Assembly: GCA_965198005.1 (NCBI GenBank)
Contig: CBDAOI010000004.1
Coordinates: 1,952,001-2,016,000, forward strand
Direction of reading: 5' to 3'
From: Spirochaetia bacterium
GTDB taxonomy: Bacteria > Spirochaetota > Spirochaetia > SZUA-6 > Bin103
DNA: 64,000 nt
Below the pieces are notes generated by a model. The model was given only the letters and a program-made list of their open reading frames with translations, had not been told where the DNA came from and did no database searches. The position numbers were made by a program, and so were the translations under genes. Of the stretch, positions 19,866-29,664 are shown piece by piece. The number at the start of each line of letters is the position of its first letter. Position 1 is the first letter of the stretch.

Positions 19866-20772
19866 AGCCACAGGGGTATCATCATCAGTAATTGCGCCGA
19901 AGAGACGTACCGGGCTGGCTGATTTCTTCATCAGACTGTGGAGAGAGAAGCCACTGGGTACGATCAGCGGGATTATCATATTGCTGTTTATCTTTGTTGG
20001 TATCTTCGCCGATGTTCTGGCTCCCTATCCGTATGATGAGCCACACATACGTGACATGATGAAAGGCCCGTCAGCCCAGTATCTCCTCGGTACGGACCAG
20101 TTGGGGCGAGACTCATTGAGCCGCATCATCCACGGGACTCGTACTTCGTTGCTCGTCGGTCTGGCCACGACCGCTCTTGGTGTCGTGATCAGCACCCTGA
20201 TCGGCGGCACTTCGGGGTTCCTGGGTGGCAAATTGGACCTGGGTGTGCAGAGATTTGTCGACGCCTGGATGTCTTTCCCGGGACTGCTCCTGTTGTTGAC
20301 GATCATGTCTATCGTTGGGCGGGGTGTGCCACAGATAATACTGGTGCTGGGGATAGCAGGAGGCATCGGCGGCTCGAGAGTGTTGAGAGGCGCCGTTATC
20401 GACATCAAAGAGAATGTGTATTTCGAGGCGGCAGAGGCGATCGGCAGCTCAAAATGGAGAGCATTTATCCGACATGTCGTCCCCAATATCATGCCTGTCA
20501 TAGTCATCGGATTCAGCATCAACATCGGAGGCGTAATCCTGAGTATTGCATCTCTGGGCTTCCTCGGATACGGCCTGCCGTTCACGATTCCTGAGTGGGG
20601 AGGTCTGCTCAGCCGGGAAGGGCGTGAGTTCATGGAGATAGCGCCACGGCTGGCTCTCTGGCCCGGTCTTGCCCTGACTATTACCGTTTACTGTCTCAAC
20701 ATGTTCGGCGATGCGATGCGCGACCTGCTCGACCCGCGGCTGCGGGGCGGTGGCGGGCGGCCGGGTGCCTAA
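19858..20772 (+). CDS. ABC permease, OppC/DppC type
   Basis: LGTDQLGRD, EAAEAIG, HVVPN, GFLG.G, WG, GDAMRDLLDPR. Confidence 0.92.
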   Translation: MSEATGVSSSVIAPKRRTGLADFFIRLWREKPLGTISGIIILLFIFVGIFADVLAPYPYDEPHIRDMMKGPSAQYLLGTDQLGRDSLSRIIHGTRTSLLVGLATTALGVVISTLIGGTSGFLGGKLDLGVQRFVDAWMSFPGLLLLLTIMSIVGRGVPQIILVLGIAGGIGGSRVLRGAVIDIKENVYFEAAEAIGSSKWRAFIRHVVPNIMPVIVIGFSINIGGVILSIASLGFLGYGLPFTIPEWGGLLSREGREFMEIAPRLALWPGLALTITVYCLNMFGDAMRDLLDPRLRGGGGRPGA

Positions 20773-20804
20773 CCACACACACTCGATACCAAGGAACACT
20801 GAAA

Positions 20805-22900
20805 TTGCCTAGCTAGCTAGCTACAGCTACATCACGTCACTCGATACGAAGGAGGACGCCCTCGAGGTCGTCGGCGGCAAGGGCCGCTCTTTGGCCAAGT
20901 TGGCGAACGCCGGCTTCCCGGTGCCTGGCGGGTTTCAGGTAACCACCGCGGCGTATCGCAGCTTTGTCGCCGACCACGAGCTGCAGGCACGCATCGTTGC
21001 GTTGGCCAGGCCGGCGGTCGTCGATGGAAGAGCCTCGTTTGAGCAGTCGTCGGCCGCCATCGGGCAGTTGTTTGCCGACACCGAGATCTCGGCCGAGATC
21101 AGTGCCGAAATTGGCGACTGGTATGGCGCCCTGGCGGGCGGCACCCTGGAGGGCGAACCCGCGTTGGCGGTGCGCTCGTCGGCGAACGCCGAAGACCTGC
21201 CGGGTCTCTCCTTCGCCGGCCAGCAGGAGACGTTTCTCAACGTCACCGGCGCCGAGGCCGTGGTGGCTGCCGTCAAGAACTGCTGGGCCTCGCTATGGAC
21301 CGCGCAGGCCATCAGTTACCGGCACCAGAACGGCATCGCCCAGGACTCCGTGGCCATGGCCGTGGTCGCCCAGATCATGGTGCCCTCAGAGGTGTCGGGC
21401 AATGACCTGGCGTTGATGGTCGCGGATTTGTCGGAGGTGGAGCGACAGGCCTTTCGCGCATTCGAGGCCGCGCAGCATCTCGACGATCTGGCGCTGCAGG
21501 TGACGATGCCGGAGAGCGAGAGCCCCGTTTTTCTGGGAAAGACAAAGACAGGCCTCAACGACCGGATAGTGGACGAATGGCGCGCGGTCACTCGACCGCG
21601 ATTGATTGCGGTGAAGGAAGAATGGGCCGAGCTGGACCTGGATTCGGCGACGGATGAGCAACTGCTGGCAGCTATTCGCGAGATGAGTATGGAAGAAGGT
21701 TATTGCTGGGCCAGTAACTCGTACATCTCCTTCGCGACCTCCAAGTTCCCCGACGAACAGCTGCAGCATTTTCTCCGTGAAACGTTGCCGAACCACAACT
21801 TCACCAGCGGTCAACTCCTGTCCGGCATCGAGTCGAAGACCATGCAGGCCAACGAGGATCTGTTCGAAATCGCCAAGCTGGTTCGAGCGAGCGACGAGCT
21901 TACCTACCTGGTGATCGTGACGCCCGGTGAATTCCTGATGGATGAGCTGCGCGAGCACCCTGCTGCCGGCAAAGTGGTGGCGGGGATCGAGCAATACCTG
22001 GCGACCTACGGGCATCAGGGGTACTCCTTGGACTTCGTCGATCCGACCCAGGCGGAGGACCCGGCGGCCCTGTTCGCCACGCTGAAAGCGATGGTCGGCG
22101 ACCAGGACTACGACCCTGAGCATCAGCGCGCCAAGGCGGCAGCTATCCGCGAGGAGAAACTCGAGCAGATCTCGGAGCTGCTGAGCGGCCTGGAGTACTG
22201 GCAGTTTCGCTACCGCCTGTGGCTGGCCAGAAGGTACGCTCCGGTCCGCGACCAAGTCTCCTTCCTGTTGGGCTCCTGCTGGTCGCTAGTGCGCCCCATG
22301 GCGCTCGAACTGGGCCGTCGCCTGGTGGAAGTGGGCACCTTCTTGGAGGCCGAAGACACCTTCTACCTGGTCACCGACGAGTTGAACCAGGCGCTAGAGG
22401 CGCGCAAGTCGGGCAAGGCGTTACCGCAATTGGGTGCGTTGGCGGCCGAGCGACGCGAGCTGCGCGAGGCACGCAAGAAGCATCGCGCGCCGGCAGTCGT
22501 TCCCGAAGAGGCCAGGGCCAACAAGTACATTGCCCAGGCAGAGTCAATGGCAGCGCAGATCAACAACGACGAGTCCAGCGCTACCATGCGCGGTTTCGCC
22601 GTCAGTTCCGGTCAGGTGACCGCCAAGGCCAGCGTGGTGATGGGCCCGGCGGACTTCGCCAAGATGGAGCCGGGATCGATCCTGGTCTCGCCGTTGACCA
22701 CGCCGGCCTGGACGCAGCTGTTTGCCCATGCCGCCGGTCTGGTCACCGATATGGGCAGCATCCTTGCGCACGGATCGATCGTCGCTCGGGAATATGGCAT
22801 CCCCGCGGTCCTGGGGGTCGGCAACGGCACCGAGCGCATCGCGCACGCTCAGCTGATCACCATCGACGGCGACGCCGGCACGGTAGCGATCCACGACTAA
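20805..22900 (+). pseudogene. PEP-utilising enzyme (PEP synthase/rifamycin phosphotransferase-like architecture), apparently disrupted
   Basis: VGGKG.SL, AVRSSA.AED...SFAGQQET, swivel His domain GSILAHGSIVAREYGIPAV; ATP-grasp appears to stop abruptly after QIMVPSEVSG; likely TTG start out of frame across a (TAGC)3 tract. Confidence 0.7.
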
Positions 22901-22909
22901 AGACGGAAT

Positions 22910-23137
22910 GGCTCGCAGGCGCGCGGTGATGCGACCGAATACTCCGACTACGATTTTCTGGTAGTTGTCGACACGCACCCTGCGTCCGTCCGCGATGCCA
23001 TCCTGGACGCTGGAGTGCAGATGCTGAACGAATACGACCAGGTGTTTGCAGCGCTGTTGTACAGCGAGGAGCAATGGCGTGAGCTCAGCCGGTTTCCCCT
23101 CGGTTGGAATATTCAGCGGGAGGGCACACCGGTATGA
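22910..23137 (+). pseudogene. Minimal nucleotidyltransferase (MNT) remnant, no start
   Basis: Manual translation GSQARGDATEYSDYDFLVVVD...IQREGTPV*. Confidence 0.7.
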
Positions 23138-23721
23138 GCGCATTCGAGCCAACCGATGGTGTGCTGGTCCCTCACACCGTTACGGCTCCAGGTCGACGGC
23201 CGTCTACCGATGTGCTACGGTTTGTGGTGACATTGATGAGAGGGGACTGATATGCCTGCAAAGAACATAGACGTATTCTCGGTACGCGACTTATCGATAG
23301 CGTTGGCGATGCCCTGGACGCGTTGAGGGCGACCGGTTACCGACTTTCGGACGGACTCTGCTCTCGCCTTCTGGCCCCCGCCGGCGAGGCGTCTGTCGAG
23401 AGACCGAGAGACCAAAAGCGATAAGCCCCCGCTCACAAACGTGACCGACCTCAAAGGGCGAGCGACTCCTCCGCTCACTGCCGTTGCGCCCGCCGGGCCG
23501 CCGACCGCCAGCGCTTCCAGGTAGCGCTCCACCAACCACGGAGACACGCAGCCCGTCGGTCCCGCAGGCCGCCGCCCGTGCCTACTGTCGGTCGGGCGCA
23601 CTTGGCGCACTTCGCGCACTTCAGTTCGACTTGACGTTCCTTGACGCGAGAGTCATACTGCGAGTCCAGACTTCAACGGGTGTGGTTGACGCGTGACGAA
23701 CTTCCCTTGGGATCCTGGGAT

Positions 23722-24032
23722 CAGCAATTCTCGGTGAACAAAAATTGAGAGGGTCGGCGTGGGGGGCAATGGCGGGCGGGACGGCACGTAAGAGGTCGTA
23801 TAGGTCATGAGTATGTAATAAGTTGCCTACCGGCTGGACACTCGACCCCAGGGTTGTCATGCTCTCTCCTATGGCAAGAGGTCGCCGCAGAGGTCCATTT
23901 TTACTTCGTTTTCGTGCGCTCCTGGTCTCCTTGAACCTGCACGCCGCCAAGGTCGTCGATACCCGCCAAGCCAGCAAGGTCCGGTACTCCCTGCAGGATT
24001 GCTACGTGTGTGCTTTCGCCTTGTTCTACCTT
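23722..24032 (+). mobile_element. ISNCY-type IS, 5' part (left end plus transposase N-terminus from 23871), cut by a RIT end
   Basis: CAGCAATTCTCGG left IR; DTRQASKVRYSLQD...AFALF resembles the N-terminus of the family seen at 14893-15750. Confidence 0.65.
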
Positions 24033-24151
24033 ATATGTTGCGCGCAACATATGAGGTAATATGTTGCGGTGCTCGTTATGTTGCGTTCGAGCCGTTTCTC
24101 CTTGTGGAGTAAGGAACCGGGCTCCGATCAACGCAACATAACGGCGTGCGC

Positions 24152-25159
24152 TCACAGCGTTCGCAAGAACGCCATCAGACCGGTGTCCTCCCGCCACGGT
24201 TTGGTCGCTTGCGGTTCGGTCGCGTCGCACAGAGCGATTGCCTTGGCCTTCGTCTCAAGGTCGATTTCGACGTAGACATTCGTTGTGTCCAGCTTGGCGT
24301 GGCCGAGCCATGCCCGAATCGTGTTGAGGTCCACGCCGGCACGCAGCAGGTGAGTCGCCGTGGTGTGGCGAATCACGTGCGGGCTGACGCGCTTGCCGAC
24401 CAGCGACGATACCCGGGCTGAGGCGACGGTCGCGCAGCGACCGACCAAGCGGCCGATGCCGAAGCGGGTGATCGGTTGTCCGTGCCGGTTGAGGAAGACC
24501 TGCTCCGCGGCAGGGCGCCCATCGACCAAAGCTGGCAGCAGGCGCGCCGTGCGCGGCCAGAGCGGGCACTGACGGACCTTGCCGCCCTTTCCGCGTACCG
24601 TTGCCAGAGAAGGATGCGACTCGGGGACGGTCAGTTGTAGATCGCCGACCGTGAGTTGCGCGGCCTCGGACGCCCGGACGCCGGTGTTGTAGAGGAACAG
24701 CAGCAGGGCACGCTCGCGGCGGCCCTGCCGCGTGCCGTGGTCGGGAGCGTCGAGTAAGGCGTCGATCTCGGACTTCTCCAGATAGGAGATCGGCTTGGGG
24801 GCCGCCTTCTTGCGGGGCAGAGCACGGATCTGCGTGCACCATTCGACGTGCTCGGGACTGCGGCTGCCGACGAAGCGGGCAAACGAACAGATGGCCGTGA
24901 GCCGCTGATTGCGGGTCTGCGGGGAGCAGCCCCGCGCATCTTCAAGATGTGCGAGGAACTGCAGCACACGCTCGGAGGTGAGATCGAAGACGGCCAGCCG
25001 GTCGACCGGTTTGCGCCGCGCGCGGCTGACGAAGGGGAGCAGCAAAACCAGCGTGTCACGGTAGCTGCGTTGAGTGTTGCGGGCCAGATTACGCTCACTC
25101 ACCAGATGCTCCGCGAGGAAGCGTCGCAGCCAAGGGCCCAGAGTACGGGTATCAGTCAT
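24152..25159 (-). CDS. Tyrosine recombinase, RitC-like
   Basis: FL..HL..ERNL..NT..SYRD, TGVRASE, GKGGKVR, PHVIRHT, WLGH, TNVY. Confidence 0.88.
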   Translation of the reverse strand: MTDTRTLGPWLRRFLAEHLVSERNLARNTQRSYRDTLVLLLPFVSRARRKPVDRLAVFDLTSERVLQFLAHLEDARGCSPQTRNQRLTAICSFARFVGSRSPEHVEWCTQIRALPRKKAAPKPISYLEKSEIDALLDAPDHGTRQGRRERALLLFLYNTGVRASEAAQLTVGDLQLTVPESHPSLATVRGKGGKVRQCPLWPRTARLLPALVDGRPAAEQVFLNRHGQPITRFGIGRLVGRCATVASARVSSLVGKRVSPHVIRHTTATHLLRAGVDLNTIRAWLGHAKLDTTNVYVEIDLETKAKAIALCDATEPQATKPWREDTGLMAFLRTL

Positions 25160-25409
25160 CGCGGCCTCCGGTTGCGGTCTCTGCGTAGCGCTCGAAGCGG
25201 AGCGAAGCCGCGCGCAGCAACTCAGGGGTCATGCTGAGATAGACAGCGGTTCCTGCGATGTTGACGTGGCCCAGGTAGGTGGAGAGGAATGGCAGCAAGC
25301 GTTGCACGTCCTTCCCTTGGCGGTACCAGGAGGTCAGTCGATGGACGGCGAACGAATGTCGCAGGTCGTGCAGGCGCGGCTGACGGCGGGCTCCGACCGG
25401 GTTCCGCAC
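25152..25409 (-). pseudogene. RitB-like tyrosine recombinase, C-terminal fragment
   Basis: PRLHDLRHSFAVHRL.SWYRQG.DV...LSTYLGH...T.VYL..TPELL. Confidence 0.85.
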
Positions 25410-25423
25410 TCCAGCCGCTTGGC

Positions 25424-26079
25424 GCTTTCAGCGCCTGCCCTACTCACGGCGCGAGCTGTTCGAGCAGATCGAGCGGCACACCCTGAAGCCGTTGCCTCGG
25501 CACCACTTCCCGCTGCAGCAGATCCGGGAAGTGACGGTCCAGTTCAACTATCATGTGGAGCTGCGCGAAGACCGGCACTACTACAGCGTGCCCTGGCACC
25601 TGCGCACCCGCGATCCGCGCACCAAGGTCAAGCTGCTCTACGACGAGCGCACCGTCTCGATCCACTACGACAACGTGCGCCTGGTCGAGTACCAGCGCGA
25701 TCGTCGTGCGGGTGGCTACACCACGCTGCCCGACCACATGCCGCCGCAGCACCGGTGGTATGCCGAGTGGAGCCCGGAACGATTTCTGCGCTGGGGGCGG
25801 GCGCTGGGCCGCAACGTGGAGGCCGTGATCGCAAAGGTGCTCAAGGACGCCAAGTACCCGCCCCAGGGGTTTCGTGCCTGCCTGGGCATCCTGAACCTGG
25901 AGAAGAGCTATGGCGCACCGCGCCTCGATCGGGCCTGCCAGCGGGCGCTTGTCTACGGACTGTGCTCGTACCGCCGGATTCAGAACATGCTGAAGCTGGG
26001 CCTGGAGGAGGAGCACGACCAACCGCAGCTGAACTTCCCCCGCCATGACAACGTGCGCGGCAGCCACTACTACAACTGA
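25424..26079 (+). pseudogene. istA: IS21 transposase, C-terminal fragment
   Basis: RFQRLPYSRRELF, VQFNYH.ELREDRHYYSVPW, H.NVRG..YY; homologous to 59811-61373. Confidence 0.85.
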
Positions 26080-26089
26080 GGTACCGACG

Positions 26090-26851
26090 ATGACCAATAA
26101 CCAAGCCACCCTGCACAAGCTCGACCAGATGCGCCTGCACGGCATGGCACGAGCGCTACGCACCACCCTGGAGAGCTCAGCCCAGTGGACCGCCGACGAG
26201 CTGCTGGCGCACCTGGTGGATGCCGAGTGGGACGACCGACATGCGCGGCGCCTGCAGCGGCTGCTGAAGGCGGCCCACTTTCGCTACCTGGCCGCCATCG
26301 AGGAAGTAGACTTCGCGCTGAGCCGCAACCTCGACAAGAACCAATTGCTGCGGTTGGCCGACTGCCGCTGGGTGCAGCACCACCAGGACCTCATCATCAC
26401 CGGCAAATGCGGTTCGGGAAAAAGCTATCTGGCCTCCGCGCTGGGCCACCAAGCGTGTCTGCGCGGCTTCCGGGTCGGCTACTACGCGGCCGCGCGGCTG
26501 TTCGGAGAACTCCGCCTGGCCAAGGCTGACGGCAGCTACGTCCGGGAGCTGGAGAAGATCAAGAAGCAGGCATTGGTGGTCATCGATGACTTCGCGCTGG
26601 AGCCGCTGGACGGACTGGCGCGTCTGGCACTGCTGGAGATGCTCGAAGATCGCCACGGTCGAGCCTCGACCCTGATGGTGTCGCAGTTGCCGGTGTCGTC
26701 CTGGCATGAGGTAATCGGCGAGCCCACCATCGCCGACGCGATCTGTGATCGCATCGTGCACGGCGCCCACCGCATCAACCTCGAAGGAGAATCCGTCCGG
26801 AAGCTGTATGCCCAACGTGCCGACCGTGACTCAGCCGAGCGGCTGGGCTAG
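26090..26851 (+). CDS. istB: IS21 helper ATPase
   Basis: GKCGSGKS, VVIDDF, EDRH, SQLP, ADAICDR, GES.R. Confidence 0.92.
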   Translation: MTNNQATLHKLDQMRLHGMARALRTTLESSAQWTADELLAHLVDAEWDDRHARRLQRLLKAAHFRYLAAIEEVDFALSRNLDKNQLLRLADCRWVQHHQDLIITGKCGSGKSYLASALGHQACLRGFRVGYYAAARLFGELRLAKADGSYVRELEKIKKQALVVIDDFALEPLDGLARLALLEMLEDRHGRASTLMVSQLPVSSWHEVIGEPTIADAICDRIVHGAHRINLEGESVRKLYAQRADRDSAERLG

Positions 26852-27188
26852 TAGGGGCCACGAAAGCGGGACACCGTCAGTCGCCGCGTGCGCGGGGGGG
26901 ATGGGCCGTTGCCGGGGCGCGTCGCGGCGCTCCAGAGGTCCAAGAGCCGCTCGCCGGTCGCGCGGCACCGCTCGGACAGGAGCGGGCACGAGCGCCGCCG
27001 CGGCGACGAATCTCGGCACTCGGACCCGTTCAGGGCTGTCATTCATCGCCGACTGGCCAGCAGCGGGGCGGCGCACCGCCATCGAACACCAACGCCAGCG
27101 GCAGCGCGCAGCGGCTGCCGAGGTCGAGAGCGCAGACCAGACCGCGACCGCACCGCCCGAACCCGTTACGTAACGGAGTGCAGTTACC

Positions 27189-27476
27189 ATGGCTTTGACC
27201 AACGCCCAACGACAACGGCGCTATCGAGAGCGCCACCAGGCACAGCAACCGCAGGTGCATTACCGACGACCGCAGGACCGCCGATCCCGACCGCAGCGCT
27301 GGCAGGATGCGGTACGCACCCTGCTCGACCTTCAGGATGAGTACCAAGCGTGGCTCGACAACCTGCCCGACAGTCTCGGGGAGTCCGCGCTCGCACACAA
27401 GCTGCAGGCGATTTGCACCCTTGATCTTGCCGAACTGGAGAGCGTCGAGCCGCCGCGCGGGTTCGGGCGCGACTGA
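27189..27476 (+). CDS. Small hypothetical protein (IS passenger)
   Basis: GGAG RBS, ATG; TNAQRQRRYRER N-terminus, EYQAWLDNLP, C-terminal PPRGFGRD; protein-like composition. Confidence 0.65.
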   Translation: MALTNAQRQRRYRERHQAQQPQVHYRRPQDRRSRPQRWQDAVRTLLDLQDEYQAWLDNLPDSLGESALAHKLQAICTLDLAELESVEPPRGFGRD

Positions 27477-28288
27477 GGAAACCCGCAGCTCGCCACTCCG
27501 TTCGTCAAGCCCTGACCTGGCGGCCCTGGGGCCGCTACGGTGCCGACCGGCACTCCACGGTCGCTACGAGCAGGGCGCCAACCAACGTCCAGCCGTCCCC
27601 TCGCGCCCGACGAGCGCAACGCATGCGCTGCCAGCCAACGGCTCCTCAGAGCGCTTGCTCAGGCCCAGCCGGCGGTCGATGGCCTCCAAAATCGCCCGAG
27701 GATCGCCGTCGCGGGCTTCGCGGCAGCAAGGCGGTGGCGGGAGCAGAACGCCGGCGCTCGTCGACCTGGCGGTCGCTGTGCGAGTCCGGCCAGGAGGCAG
27801 CAACCTTGCGCGACGACGGCCACCGAGAGCCGTCCGCGGAATGGGGTGGTACCTACCGGCCCGGGCGGTGGGTCAATCGCTGACTCCGGGAATCTCGAAC
27901 CATGCTGCGAGACATCCCTCAGACACCCCCGGGTGATGAGCGGCGTATCGCCGTCGCAGCGACGCGAACGGCGTCCTGCGGCAGTGCGATGGCCGGCAGA
28001 GACGCTGCGGTCGAGGCGGTGCACGCGCCTGCGAACGCCGCGGGGGCCGCGGTCGGCGGGCGCGGTTGGGGACGTGCAGAACCACAGTCCCGGCTCCCTT
28101 GCAGCCGACAGAGCCGCGCGGGGTGATGGTGGTCGGAGGCGGTCGGTGAGACCGGGCTGCGAAAGCCTCCGCGGACTTGGCGTGACACCTGCACGACTAA
28201 CCGCCCTATGCCATCCTGTGTCTCGTTGCGACATTGATTCTCATCCTGATTGTCGCCGGTTTCTCATCCTGATTGTCGCGCCACACCC

Positions 28289-28790
28289 TGAGGGCCTTCC
28301 AAACCCAGGGGAATACCCCAGAGTACCCCCCGAAATCCCACAGTGTGCCCGTCAAGGCCGTTTCCGAGCACCGCTGACGCCGCGCGGTCGGACATACCAC
28401 CACCCGGCTGCGGGGTGCTACCCCGCGCGGTCCGCCACCCGGCTCCCATCCGGACCAGCAATCGAAGGCCCCCGCCTGCGGTCGGCGCGGTACTGTTCCA
28501 AGCCGACTGCCTCTGCCTGCCGCACGGCTGCCGGTCGAGTTCGCCCACCGGCGCGGCAGCATGAACGCCGCCACGGCGGCAATCCCGGAGTGTGGACCCG
28601 TTCAGGGCCGGCATTCACCACCGATTGGCCGGCAGCGGGACGCTCGGCGTCCAAGTCGGCCTCATAGCGGCTCTCTGAGGGCCTTCCAAACCCAGGGGAA
28701 TACCCCAGGGTACCCCCCGGAATCCCGCAAGGTGCCCGTCAAAGCCGTTCCCCAGCACCGCTGACCCCCCGCGGTCCGCCACCCCGGCTC
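28289..28790 (+). repeat. Two diverged ~95-115 bp direct repeats (about 28289 and 28675)
   Basis: CTGAGGGCCTTCCAAACCCAGGGGAATACCCCAG...CCCGTCAA.GCCGTT.CC.AGCACCGCTGAC occurs twice. Confidence 0.8.
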
Positions 28791-29136
28791 CCGTGTGCCA
28801 CCTCGAACATCAATCCGAGACGCGGCGCTCCGTTCGCGATGTCGCACCCTCCAACCCATCTCTGCGTCGCTTGCACAGATCCGAGCACCGAGCACTGCCG
28901 CTAGCCAGTTTTCTCCGCAAGGGTGGTGTGCTCAGCACTAAGGCCTCCGACCCCCACCCCCCAGGAAGCTTCTGCACCGAAGGAGGTTGCACCACCGAAG
29001 CCCCTCTGAGCACACACCCAGGCACCCAGGTTGATTCAAAAAAGCCACCCCGCTATAGTGGCTGTCACAGGATCGGACGCCCCGCCGGGTGGCTTTTTAT
29101 TCCCGGAATGGGTGGCTTTTTTCACCGGAATACGCA

Positions 29137-29498
29137 AACACATTCCGAATCAGCTTCTGCTCCTCCTTGGGGAACTCCAGCACGCTGGTGGGGTCCCGGA
29201 GGATGAAGTCGCCGCGCAGTAGATAATGGAAGAACTTGCGCACCGACCGCAGGATCAAGTTCTGCGTGGCATGCGTCAGCGCCCCGATGCGCGGATCCTC
29301 ATGCTCGGCCAGATGCCGTTGATAGTCGAGGATGGTGTCCTTGGTAACCTGCTCCACCGTCTCGATGCGTGGGTAGCGCTGCTCGAGGAATGCCAGGAAG
29401 CGCTTGGTGTTAGCCCCGTAGGTCTCAAGGGTGCGGGCGGCGAAGTGATGGGCGCGCAGGTAGTCGCGAAAACCGTCCAGGTGGCGCTGGAACTTCAT
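29137..29498 (-). pseudogene. XerD-like tyrosine recombinase, 5' fragment (copy A), truncated by IS21
   Basis: Near-identical to the first ~120 codons of 43347-44327. Confidence 0.9.
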
Positions 29499-29664
29499 GC
29501 TTGCTCCTTTCCGTTGCCGTCCGCTGCCGGTGAGACACCTTCGGGCACAGTCTAAACAGGGTATACGTTCAAATACGGCGTTCAGGGGTCCGGGTGCGGC
29601 TATCTCCTTGCAGGAGAGTTGGTTACCGCATCCGAACCTGAATGTTCGGGTGTGTTCAGCTCGT

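Larger units (their letters stand above)
24031..25410 (-). mobile_element. RIT (recombinase-in-trio) element remnant: terminal repeat region, third recombinase and tail of the second
   Basis: Repeated TATGTTGCG / CGCAACATA motifs at 24031-24142 next to two overlapping tyrosine recombinase genes. Confidence 0.75.
25424..29136 (+). mobile_element. IS21-family element, 5'-truncated, with ~2.2 kb passenger region; right end interrupts a tyrosine recombinase gene
   Basis: istA tail + istB; repeated GGGTGGCTTTTT..CCGGAAT ending ...CCGGAATACGCA at 29136. Confidence 0.8.

Noticed and set aside
23140-23720. Possible genes between the MNT remnant and the ISNCY left end
   Set aside because: No ORF with recognisable motifs or convincing start signals
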